Source of the DNA: Octopus bimaculoides
Taxonomy: Eukaryota
Direction: 5' to 3'
Assembly: GCF_001194135.2 (NCBI RefSeq)
Contig: NC_068998.1
Coordinates: forward strand, 23,433,548 to 23,467,346
Length of the DNA: 33,799 nt
The notes beneath the pieces were generated by a model, which was given only the letters and a program-made list of their open reading frames with translations, ran no database searches and was not told the DNA's origin. The position numbers were made by a program, and so were the translations under genes. Shown piece by piece: positions 9,771-21,522 of this stretch; within the stretch, counting starts at the first letter, position 1; every line of letters starts with the position of its first letter.

Positions 9771-11025
9771 TATAACTACCTGTATAATCCATGCAGTTAC
9801 TAGCTGCATATTTCTTCACCAGTCAGTGCCATGCTGTATTCTTTTCCTCTTTCACTCTTTGTATGTATTAATATCAAACTTCACTCTCACAAATATTACA
9901 ATATTTCCTTGCCACGACTACAATGTTTTTGAAATCTCTTAATGCCCAATGTTTCTTCCTAGCGAAGTTCATATATTTTCTTCAAATTGAATATTTACGC
10001 TCGCTTTGGTGTTTCCGGTCTGATAGAGTTTCCAATGTTTGTACTCTCTTCTCCACCATTAGCTGACTAATAATAAACATACAGTACATATATTAGATAT
10101 TACCCTATCATTAGTGTTCAAGAAAATATATCACTTTCATCTTTATACAACTTTATAACTCATTCAACATTGTCAATAACTGAAATGGTTATTTTCTATG
10201 ATCTGTATCACGGCAATACGTCATACAGTATCTATCCCATCTTCAAATAAAACGCTATGATTTATATTTAAAATCAATACTTAAAAAATATTATGTATTT
10301 CATTTTTATTGAAGCAAACGGCCACTCGCTTAATTTGTGTATTTTTAAATTGACTCTTCATATAAAAGAAAACTTTTTAAGTAATTAACATACAAATTGT
10401 TATGAAAATAGTCATTAGGATCAACGTAATTTTTAATATGACGGTGAAGATGAGTAATTTGAAAAGAGAAAATTTTATAAATAATGATAAGGCTTATTTA
10501 ACAAAATTTAAAGGGAAAATGGAATTTACTGTGAGAGATAGAACCTTTATCTGATTGATAAAATATCAGATCATATTTTACGGCCGAAGCAATAACGTGT
10601 CCGCTTTTTAAAATGACATTAAGGATTTATTGACCACATTATCATATGTTCAAACTTTACTGCTCTAATATGGAATTCTCACTAAGATCCATGATATGGT
10701 ACAGCTATTAACATTGTGAATATAATTAGCACTGAAATCAAAGGACTCAAACCTATGATCGAAGGCTCTTAAATATAAACTAGACGCTAATTTTCCTATA
10801 ATTGTTATTACGTTATGAAAATGATCATTTTCGCTTTCAAGGTTCAAGTGTAATTTTTTCAGGAGGGTAATTTGACAGATAGAACAAGATGGATAATGTG
10901 GGTTATTACGAGAAGCGGTTTCAATATTTAATGATCTTGTATATGTTATTGCATGCGGGAAACGGATTGAATAATTAAAACATTGGATAAAAAACTTGGC
11001 AGTCTTTTTCCCGGCAGTTTCCGAT

Positions 11026-11140
11026 CGGAACTGAAATCCAACTTGCGTCGATTTTGCCTTCATCTATTTGGGCTCGATAACATAACGCACTAGTGAGGAG
11101 GCGACGCAATCGACTTACCCGCTCACCATCAAAATTGTTG
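11026..11140 (+). mobile_element. Old, diverged copy of the tRNA-derived SINE core
   Basis: GTCGATTTTGCCTTCATCTATTTGGGCTCGATAA...AATCGACTTACCC...AAAATTG aligns by eye to GTCGACTTTGCCTTTCATCCTTTCGGGGTCGATT...AATCGACCGACCCC...AAATTTG at 21613-21722. Confidence 0.65.
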
Positions 11141-11880
11141 AGCTTCGGACAAGCAACGGACCACCGATTTTACAGGAGCAACGCTGTCATTTGTAACATT
11201 TATACGGTACGTAAAGCGGACATACGGCGTTATGACTACGAAGAATGAAATAAAAATACGTTCTGGAACACATTACTACGTTCGGCGTAGTGTCATGAGT
11301 GAAACCCCAATTTCTAAAGCCATTCACATATATGTAGTGTAACTTTAACTAGATTAAAGGCCATGTAGTTGAAAGCACATTTAATGCAGTACGGCTTGAA
11401 TGCAATGAGCAGATCATCCTTCCCATTTTCAATCTGACACAAAGCATCACACTTCAAGTTTACACATAATTTTCTATTTCAGTAGATGGTATTATTTGGT
11501 CATGTTTGTGTGTTAGTTAGTGTGTATATCTATGTGTATGTTGTGTGTGTTGCTAATTAGTAATATGTTGAATTACAGAGGGCACAGATAGCAACTTACA
11601 TAGGAAAACGCAATCAGTTATAAGGGATAATATGGATGCATCCCGTTCTTTTCCGAGAAATTGTGTAAATATAATTTTTCAGTGAATTCTTCAATCACAG
11701 CACTAAAACTTCATGTGTAGATCGTCAACAAGATAAGTACATTTTTTGTTTTCTCATACAATAATAAAAGGAGAAAAATAAGAGACGCACCAGATTGGAA
11801 CATTTGAACCTTAATCAAAACTATGATGATTGGAGATTCCTTAGTGGCCAGGTGTAGTAAATCAAATTGTCTGTGAGACA

Positions 11881-12753
11881 NNNNNNNNNNNNNNNNNNNN
11901 NNNNNNNNNNNNNNNNNNNNNNNNNNNNNNNNNNNNNNNNNNNNNNNNNNNNNNNNNNNNNNNNNNNNNNNNNNNNNNNNNNNNNNNNNNNNNNNNNNNN
12001 NNNNNNNNNNNNNNNNNNNNNNNNNNNNNNNNNNNNNNNNNNNNNNNNNNNNNNNNNNNNNNNNNNNNNNNNNNNNNNNNNNNNNNNNNNNNNNNNNNNN
12101 NNNNNNNNNNNNNNNNNNNNNNNNNNNNNNNNNNNNNNNNNNNNNNNNNNNNNNNNNNNNNNNNNNNNNNNNNNNNNNNNNNNNNNNNNNNNNNNNNNNN
12201 NNNNNNNNNNNNNNNNNNNNNNNNNNNNNNNNNNNNNNNNNNNNNNNNNNNNNNNNNNNNNNNNNNNNNNNNNNNNNNNNNNNNNNNNNNNNNNNNNNNN
12301 NNNNNNNNNNNNNNNNNNNNNNNNNNNNNNNNNNNNNNNNNNNNNNNNNNNNNNNNNNNNNNNNNNNNNNNNNNNNNNNNNNNNNNNNNNNNNNNNNNNN
12401 NNNNNNNNNNNNNNNNNNNNNNNNNNNNNNNNNNNNNNNNNNNNNNNNNNNNNNNNNNNNNNNNNNNNNNNNNNNNNNNNNNNNNNNNNNNNNNNNNNNN
12501 NNNNNNNNNNNNNNNNNNNNNNNNNNNNNNNNNNNNNNNNNNNNNNNNNNNNNNNNNNNNNNNNNNNNNNNNNNNNNNNNNNNNNNNNNNNNNNNNNNNN
12601 NNNNNNNNNNNNNNNNNNNNNNNNNNNNNNNNNNNNNNNNNNNNNNNNNNNNNNNNNNNNNNNNNNNNNNNNNNNNNNNNNNNNNNNNNNNNNNNNNNNN
12701 NNNNNNNNNNNNNNNNNNNNNNNNNNNNNNNNNNNNNNNNNNNNNNNNNNNNN
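11881..12753. other. Assembly gap (N run)
   Basis: Ns; right flank is (TA)n. Confidence 1.
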
Positions 12754-12788
<35 letters not shown>

Positions 12789-14669
12789 GTATGAGCTCGT
12801 GAAGAGAGGAAGACGTAAAAATATGAAAGAGAGCTAGAAAAAATAAGAAAATACATTCGATTTCCATACGATGAGATGGTTGAATATAATATATATTTGA
12901 GATGGACGGTATGCTGGACGTATCTCTAGAAGCACACATTATTTTGCCCCACTCAATCTTTTACTATATACAGGGAGAGAAGTAGACAGGAGGATGTGTA
13001 CATTCATGCATATACATATATAGATGCATACATTACACACACACCAATATACATATATATATATGCATATATCTATATACGATCTTTACACATGTAAACG
13101 CACATGCACATACACACTCAGTCACTCTCACAAACACACAGGTACACAGACAGTACACACATATCTCTCTTCCTATATATAAAGAGGAAGAAATAGATTG
13201 ATGCCTTTATACACACATATACATGCATAGACACAATTATTGATTAGATACACAACACTACATGAAGTTGTGTGTATCAGAAATCTTTTATATCGTTTTA
13301 CTGTTCATAATTTTCTGTTATATGTTTATGTGTGCATATGAGTAAAAGTATGTTTATGTGCGTACAGCACATGCTTGCTTGGCGTGTGTGTTTGATGCCC
13401 ATCAGATGTCTTCAGACGTATCGGGATTACTGATAAAGTCTTAAAATAGTCTAGGCTCCAGGAGTTGCATTCGATAATACTGGAGAGATTATGCCATGAT
13501 TTGTGCGGCAAATCTTCCGAGTGACTGAATAAATTTTAGATTAATCAAATTAAGTTGACGAACAAACTATCTCTTAGTTTGTCTTTTTGTTTTTTTCTTT
13601 CATATTCTCCCGACATTTTTACTGTTGTGATACACCTCAACAGAATAAATTGTATTTCAGTAGTGATGCTTCAAAATAATTCTTTCTCGTGTATTTTTGA
13701 TTTCGCCAGACAAATTTTAATCGCTAATAAGTAAATCATGAATGTATCATATATCTCAAATTCAAGTATAGCAGTCTGCAATGCCTTAATATAAGGATTT
13801 TATTCCTGATGAGTCAGTTGCTTAACTGTAGAAACTAATATGTGCAACACTTATTTGACAATAGTTTCCGAGAAGCGACGGACTTGATAAATGGGAGGCA
13901 GAGGTAAATCAAAAAGTAAATAAAATAAAAAAATCACTACTTTCTAACTCCCAGTCGGAAACGCAATATATTGTGCGATTCGTCGCGAACAGCGTCTGAA
14001 ATTGTGCACTTAATCCTGCCGAAAATGTCACAAAACGGTCAAGTATAAATGGTTGCAAATAAAAAACAACCATAGAATTCCACTTCTGTTTCTAACGCCA
14101 TTATTATAAAAAGAATATCGATTCGTACATTTGTCGCGTTAGTCGATTTCGTCTTGTCCCACATACTTAGATTATAGGACGTCACTCCAGTGTTGTCATA
14201 TGAGATATTTTTCCCATCATAATTGTGAATCTGTTCATGGTGACACAGATTTAGATAAAATGATATGTGTTTAGGTCCTGTAATAGACACTATAGTATTA
14301 CACAAATATACTGCCGTAATGATTTTCACGAGATAAAGATTTGGCATTTTGTGGCTGCACAAACTGATAGATATAATAGCAGCATATCCATGAAACAATG
14401 TTTTATATCGATTTGCCATTTGATATGCAACCGGACGTGCATTCCCCGCTGAATATCTATGTAAAAACCACATGCACCTTATAGACAGCAATTATATGAA
14501 AAGACATAGTGATTCGGGCAGCATTTCATCAGTCAATTAGCAAAACTTATTTGGTTTCGTATCTCCTCAGTCATGCACTGAATTTATGTTGTAAACGCAT
14601 TACGCTGACATAAGAACAAGAAAGTAACGATTTGCGGACAAGAACTGCGATGTTTTAAATGAGAAGCAA

Positions 14670-14714
14670 TGATATATAAAATGCTATATAAAATCATTGA
14701 TATATAAAATGCTA
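14670..14714 (+). repeat. Short direct repeat TGATATATAAAATGCTA x2
   Basis: 17-mer at 14670-14686 and 14698-14714. Confidence 0.85.
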
Positions 14715-15182
14715 AGTATCAGCTTACGATCCGGAAATAAAATTTTGCAATTTTCGACATTGAACCAAACATAGAATGATCAATGCATACGGCTTACTAA
14801 TCTAGCCCATTAACATGATAACTGATGTAGATTTAAGTCATGCTTAACGATTTCTACCATCCATTCGATTGATAATGCCAATGTGAGAAATATAATATTT
14901 TCTATTTCCAGTCATTGGATATCTGAGCCAGGTTTGTCGGCATCCAGTACTTATTTTACTGAAACATTAACACAGATATAAGGAGTAAAAACATACACAC
15001 ATAAACAGGAATATTAGCACATATAAAGAAAAAACATACATATACATAAATATGTATGAAAGATACCACAAACTTTTAGTGTTTCACTATGAAATAATGA
15101 TAAAATAAACTAATATGCCATTAAATACATTAGGATCAAATGTAAGACGGAGTTTGTCTGTGTGTATACATATTACATATAT

Positions 15183-15278
15183 NNNNNNNNNNNNNNNNNN
15201 NNNNNNNNNNNNNNNNNNNNNNNNNNNNNNNNNNNNNNNNNNNNNNNNNNNNNNNNNNNNNNNNNNNNNNNNNNNNNN
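15183..15278. other. Assembly gap (N run)
   Basis: Ns flanked by TA repeats. Confidence 1.
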
Positions 15279-16659
15279 TATATAAATAAGTATATTTGAA
15301 ATTTGTTTGCGGAAAACGTTTTGAATATGCAAATAAAGCTCCTATTTCCATTATGGCAGCCGCAGTCTAATGATAGTGACTGGTTGGCCAATTTTTGAGG
15401 GTCTTGCATCGAGCTATACCGATATAATGTAGGATGAACATAGTAATAACAATAATGATAATAATAAACATTTATAAACATTTAATGCAATGTATTAAAT
15501 GTTTATGAGTTCTATCAAGCATGACTGCTATTATTACTAGTTATATATATATATATAAGTAGAAGCCTGACTAATTTTGTTGCTTCAAAATGTTTTTGCC
15601 AACAAAATGGCGCTAAAGATTTGGAAAAGAATATTCATTGTAGGGCCATAGTCAGGCTAAGGCAGAGGAAGCAGTTGCCTCCGCTGATTTTCCTTAACTG
15701 ATTATAAAAGTGAGCCTAGTATTCAAAACCATTGTCTGTTAAAATTATTTTTGTGTTAATTTGATTTCATCAAGGAGTTGACAATAAATAGCGATGATTT
15801 TTAAATAGTAAATTTACTTTAGTCTAATATATTGAATGACATTTCACAGGGGTATTTAAAGCATATAAAGTGATTACTTATTGAATGTTCTCTCACACTC
15901 CCTGTTCCCAAGTATTCTGGCCATCTGTCTGTGGGCCATTTTTGGACATGACTGTCTGCTTGCCTGGGAATTCCTGCCATTGCCTGGTGGAGATATTTTT
16001 GAATGCCTGTGAGATCATACTCCTAATAGTAGTGTGAGGAGGAGGAGTTCTGGATTGATAATTGGTGTCTTTACCGCAACCATTTGTTCAATATCACACT
16101 TAACAGGATGTATACTTGGAACGATCTTCCTCGTGAACATGCAAATGTAAGTGATTATTTCAAACGAGTACCATCAAATATATATCTTTAATATTATACT
16201 GAAAAAGGGTAAAAAATAGTGTTTCCTGTAAAACCTGTACTCTGTTCCTCCTGCGTGGTCAGCAAGACGACAAGGTACCACAGGATTTTCTGTATTTATA
16301 TTTAAATTTAACGGTCAAAATGGAAATAATTCGAATTACCGCAATATTCTTATTTCTGTTTTCGTTTCCACTCTCCTGTTTTTCAAACTTTCCCTTTTTA
16401 TATCAACTTCTTTCTCGCCTTTTCTCGCTTTTCCCCCTATCCTATCATCATCATATCTCTATTTTGCTATGCCATGTGGGGAGTACCTGAAGATTGCACT
16501 GACATACCAAAGCTATTAAGAAAATATTGCCTAGCATCCTCCTATTGCATAAAACTAATATTAGCACATTAAAATATATATTGTGTTTCCTAGATAATAT
16601 TTATCTCTCACAAGATGGAGAACTTCTTTTCTTGATCTTAACAGCACGGAACAGTACAC

Positions 16660-16660
<1 letters not shown>

Positions 16661-16741
<81 letters not shown>

Positions 16742-16772
16742 TGTGTGTTTTTGTGTTTGTGGGTGTGTGTGT
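16661..16772. repeat. (TA)n-(TG)n microsatellite
   Basis: Directly visible. Confidence 0.95.
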
Positions 16773-18129
16773 GAGAATAACACGTGGCATTTACAATTGT
16801 ACGTTAGCACACAGTAGACGTTATAATCACTAGGTATCTACAGAGATATTTTAGATTTCCTATTCCACACTTATTTTATGTATGTAGATTTTTTTTATAA
16901 ATCATTTACTTCCACTGCAGCAGATACTTTTAATGCAATATTTTAGAAGAATTTCTGTTAAATTCATCTTCATACTTAATTTAAATACGGACTATTATAA
17001 AGTTGTGTTCAAAGACGAATGAAGGAGCGAGTATTTATCCCATGAAGGCAATAATTGCAATAGTTGAACTATAATTGAACTATTTGCAATAATGGAACTA
17101 ATCCTCCTTGCTTTTTCATTTTTATTGTGAAACTAAGAACCTCAGTCGGTAGTTCTCTATTTGCTGTAGCGTGCACTTTGTAAAGTGTACCCTATAATAT
17201 AGGTATGTGTGTGCATGTGTATGTATCTAAGACGCTACAACGAAAGCAGAACGCATCACCTTACACGTTCCAATAGCATACTTTATTCCCAAAGCAAGAA
17301 GTTCATTACACAGCATTATTAGAGACAATTACGTAATTTCAAATTGTAGCAAAACAGCATCATTCCGTCAGGCGATATACTAATTTTTATTTTTTATTTT
17401 TTTGCTTTCGTTCAAATATTTGTAGAATAAATGACACTATTTAAACGAATATAATGATTTTCTTGTGTATTTATTTATTTATTTTCTAAATAATACGCTC
17501 TACAATACTTAATAGTTACGTCTCAGATATATACAAAGGTTAGCTGGACACGTAGGACCAGTAAAGAAATATTCCACTCTCTATAGTTCAGTCTATTGAC
17601 CACATGAATTACCCGATTTATTATCCTCAGAGTCATCTGTTTAAGTAGATTAACAATTATTCGTTTGGTCACCTCTGTATTGTTATACCCCTGTGGATGT
17701 TAAAGCAATTTTATTAGGCAGGAAGGTGGTGGTGCCTTGTTATCTGGCTGGTCTTTGTAGGAATTTGAAGGGACTTGCTGGCCGACAGAAACATGGCAAG
17801 TGTGTTTATATCTGGGGTGAGTGCGTGAGTGTGGATATCCGAAGTCTAAGCCTTTGTGGCAGATATTTGTGCGTGTACAAGGGCTTGCATGGGTGTAAGC
17901 TGGCGTGTGGATGATGGCTGGCATATGAGTGAGGGCTGACATCAGCTATTTAATGCGTATGCGCGCGTTTAGTAGTGTGAGTATGCGTATTGCTCATGTA
18001 TCTCCTACTAAATATCTTGAGTGCCTATCTTTCCTTTGTCTACACACTGGTACAAGGCCTACTAACCCTACTGAACTTCATGCACAAACAATTGGTATTG
18101 AAGATACAACTGCTGACGCACTCGTTGCA

Positions 18130-18740
18130 GAACATCCAATTACCACCAAGGAAACTTTATTTGACGCTTCTCTCCGGAAAGCCTTCTTCGAGTATGCATC
18201 CACTACTACACCCGCAAACATGTTCGGCCATACATTCCAAAAGTTGCCTACCAAAAAAAAAAGGACATCAAAATAATTGTGGCAAACTTATTGATATTTG
18301 TAAAGGCAGTATGATTTCGGCATCGATTTATCCACTACGCGAAATCATTAAATGACTATATAACTAAAATTATGCAATTATCGAATATACATATCATCGC
18401 TGACAAGAACGTGTATTTAGGAAACAAGCATAACCAAACAAGAAAAGACTCCCCACAAACATGATCACCAATACACTGCAGAAAACTAGAAATTCCATAT
18501 GCGATTGTGTAAATACAGAAGCGATAAAGCAAGCCATCCTCCTTAATATGGTGGACCACTTCACTAATCAACCTGCCTATTAGACTTAAGGGTTTAATAT
18601 CACAACACAAATTTCCTCTGCAATCGGAAAGGCAGGCTGATCAAGTCCTCTAAATGTGAGATAGGCATGGTCAGTAAGTGCATTCGGGATACCATCAGCT
18701 GACTTATTAGAAGGACCACCGGTGTTCAAGCGAAGCAATA
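18130..18740 (+). pseudogene. Decayed Penelope-like retroelement ORF fragment (region N-terminal to the RT core)
   Basis: Collinear degenerate motifs across frameshifts and stops: EHPITTKE...SLRKAFFEY...NMFG (18130-18230), IIADKNVY (ADK at 18399-18407), SITK, and HNTNFLCNRKGRLIKSSKCEIGMVSKCIRDTIS*LIRRTTGVQ (18601-18729). These resemble recalled invertebrate PLE motifs NIPIPS...RWKAFF, ADKTRN.Y, NITK and HK.NF.N.P.CRLINPAKSE.G..SK.ILD.IN. Confidence 0.6.
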
Positions 18741-18745
18741 ATATA

Positions 18746-19100
18746 TGCATGGAATTTATAGATATGTTTATGCATCGCTACGCGCGTTTCTACGATTTAC
18801 ATGTTTGTTATGATCATAGTCTGCATTCCTGAGATGATTACATTATTACAGTCCGTAGTATCCACGGATATCGGGTATATCATATGCATTTGTGCATTTA
18901 CTAAGGCGAGAAATTGAACACGTGGATATGATCCACCTAAGGAAATGAACTCGTGAAAATGATTCACCTCATGTCCATGGATACTATGGACTGTAATGTA
19001 ATTATCCCAGGAATACGGACTATGATCATAGGAAACACGTTATTCGCAATTTGTGGTAACGCGTGTTGAAATGCATCAAAATATTTATAAATTCCATCCA
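18746..19100. mobile_element. ~355-bp near-complete degenerate palindrome (foldback/MITE-like)
   Basis: Left arm ATGGAATTTATAGATATGTTTATGCAT...TATGATCATAGTCTGCATTCCTGAGATGATTACATTATTACAGTCCGTAGTATCCACGGATAT pairs with right arm ATGTCCATGGATACTATGGACTGTAATGTAATTATCCCAGGAATACGGACTATGATCATA...ATGCATCAAAATATTTATAAATTCCAT. The centre is near CACGTG (18919-18924). Confidence 0.8.
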
Positions 19101-19108
19101 AGTTTTAT

Positions 19109-19170
19109 CATCATTATTATCACTATTATTACTATTATTATTACTATTATTATTATTATTATTACTACTA
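19109..19170. repeat. (ATC/ATT/ACT)n trinucleotide microsatellite
   Basis: Directly visible. Confidence 0.9.
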
Positions 19171-19341
19171 ATACTACATTTATTTTAGATTATATAGGCA
19201 TATCATCGTACATCCCCATAAAACTACTATTGCCAGTTAATATCATTAAGTTTCAGACGTCATAGCAAATAATCGCTTTTATATGCATATTCAAAAAATT
19301 TCCCGTAAACGGAATTGAAAGATACATACATACACACACAC

Positions 19342-19373
<32 letters not shown>

Positions 19374-19458
19374 NNNNNNNNNNNNNNNNNNNNNNNNNNN
19401 NNNNNNNNNNNNNNNNNNNNNNNNNNNNNNNNNNNNNNNNNNNNNNNNNNNNNNNNNN
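19374..19458. other. Assembly gap (N run) between (CA)n and (TA)n
   Basis: Ns with microsatellite flanks. Confidence 1.
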
Positions 19459-20670
19459 ATATATATATATATAAACGTGGAAAAATATTTAGTAAATTCA
19501 CAAACAAAAGACAGATAAAATGTCAAGTTAAGAAACACATTAAATGTACAAATGAACGGAAAACCAACACAGGAGGTCTCTAATTCCTCATCAGCTATTG
19601 ACCAGAGAGTATGACGCAATTTCGTGCATTTAACGATAATATTGTTCCCAGCAGGAAGCGCGTGCAAAAGTCGCAGAAAATATGGGGCCGGGAACATACA
19701 AAATACAAACAACACGTGAATAACAAGAGATAAATAAGACAGATGAAAATGAATAGATACAATACAAGACGAGAAAGCTAGTGGCCGGATGAGGGACAAG
19801 GAAGAAATAAATTTTAAAAAAAAAAGCAGAATACAGTCTTTTATTATTAACTCTGTTAATCCTTTGCACAATAACGAAATGTGGACGCGGATTGCATCAG
19901 AAGGATTATATAGCAGGAGCCTTATTGGGGAGATTCTTTGAACAAATAAACGGAGTATATTCTATGTGAGAGTACCTCTAACTTCGTTGGGCATCTCAAT
20001 TTACGTTCTGTTTTAATTAGGTAATGATATAATATTAACTATTCGGTCTCTCTTTTCCCGAATTAGGTAAACCCCATTTATAAAATTTATACCGTGTAAT
20101 TTAATGAAAATTTAGCATCCATTTGTAAGCCATCAAGCAAGCTTTTATCAACCGGTGGTCTTTTAGTTAAGAAGCCATTTATAATTCACCTTTATCATTT
20201 CTAAGATAACTGCAGTTGACATATTGTTTCCTAAGTATTTATGTTACTTCTCTATAGAGCCCTCGGTAATGAAATGCAGCGTAGATCCAAGTTGTATTTG
20301 AAAGTAAACAGCGAGTATAGGAAAATTCAATTATTTAAGATTGGACTGCGGCCTTTCCAAGAAGCTTAAACTATGTTAAAATAAAATATAAATTGAGCGT
20401 AAATAGCTGCTTCACTTTCCATGGGAAATATATTTACCGCTATGCAGTTCAAAGAATGTGAAACAACTACAAAAATGAATTTAATTAGCCATTTCTTGTC
20501 CCAATGTACAGAATATTTTATGTATGAGATAAATTCTCAATCTTCACATCCAAATACTCAAGAAGTTTGCAAACTCTTCGTACACTTGTGAATATAAAGT
20601 GCCATGAGCAAAATATTTCTGCTATATACGAAATTAAGTCCGTAAAACTATTTTATGCAAGAAGACTTAC

Positions 20671-20759
20671 TGAAGCAAACAATCATAGGATAATAAAGTT
20701 TTGATGATTTTCTTAAAACGCCTTGGCGCATAGAAATGTCTTAAATAGCGAAATTTTGA
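20671..20759 (-). CDS. Candidate isolated 89-nt internal exon (SKFRYLRHFYAPRRFKKIIKTLLSYDCLL)
   Basis: Minus-strand acceptor CTTTGTTTCTTTTTCCCGCAG and donor CA|GTAAGT; one frame is open and the other two have stops. No homology recognised and no partner exons found. Confidence 0.25.
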
Positions 20760-21209
20760 CTGCGGGAAAAAGAAACAAAGTACAGTGTTTGCTGGGTATT
20801 TAAGAAAATATTTTTTTCATACATCAGCCTCTAGTGAATTATATGAGTTCTTTACAGATGTGTTTACTTAAAGACAAACCATACAGATTATAATAAATAG
20901 AAAGTAATATAACACTTTAAGGGAAATTAAGTTTGTTTCTTTTTTTTTTTACCAGTTTCACGTACATTTTTATAATGCAAATTTGCAGAATTACATATGT
21001 AACTTTCCGTAACATTGTACATATTAGAAGAAAAACATGATTTATTATCAAGCTTTAGGGTATTTGCTGGTTTGATTGTACATTTTTCAACATTGGGAAA
21101 AAGAGAGGATAATGATTTCTTTTTTTTCATTTGGTACAATATACAGTATATCGCAAGATTTTCTACGCAGAATGAATTGGAACCATAGTGGTTGATGTTC
21201 TTTTCCAAG

Positions 21210-21291
21210 CCGTACACGAATACGCGAATTGGGTGCTTCATGCGTGGACATGTGTCAGTTTCTCACTGGGACGCTAGCGCTTAATGATAAG
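21210..21291 (+). CDS. Candidate isolated 82-nt internal exon (RTRIRELGASCVDMCQFLTGTLALNDK)
   Basis: Acceptor GATGTTCTTTTCCAAG and donor AAG|GTAAGG, an open frame and higher GC than the flanks. No partner exons found. Confidence 0.22.
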
Positions 21292-21522
21292 GTAAGGGCG
21301 TTGAAGTTATCCATTGATTTACTAACCTGTTACAATTCTGTTGTAAATATCATCCATATGATCAGACCGTATTATTGGTGCTGTGAAATACCAACTCTAA
21401 GGTTTCGTCCATACATTTGTCTTCGGAAAATTTTTTCATACGATAAACAAAGCAAATGTTTACTGCATCTTGTATATCTCGTGTGAACAAAGTAAAGAAA
21501 TTCATCATACAATATACTGACT

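Noticed and set aside
13395-13430. Minus-strand CUGAAGA followed by a CAUC/GAUG stem
   Set aside because: No GAAA follows, so it is not a hammerhead core.
15564-15658. 10-bp inverted repeat AGCCTGACTA/TAGTCAGGCT
   Set aside because: Short, with a 75-nt spacer, no TSD and no second copy; possible at background.
16040-16170. Peptide LYRNHLFNITLNRMYTWNDLP resembling a CR1 LINE C-terminus (WN.LP), or a 40-nt micro-exon 16107-16146 (TTAACAG|...|GTAAGT)
   Set aside because: Only a 4-residue motif match, no upstream RT similarity, and a weak polypyrimidine tract; the two readings cannot be told apart from chance.
17929-18355. 115-aa and 121-aa overlapping ORFs as genes
   Set aside because: Better explained as chance openings over the decayed PLE ORF; motifs switch frames.
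21171-21291. Alternative longer exon using the acceptor TTTTCTACGCAG
   Set aside because: All three frames contain stops.
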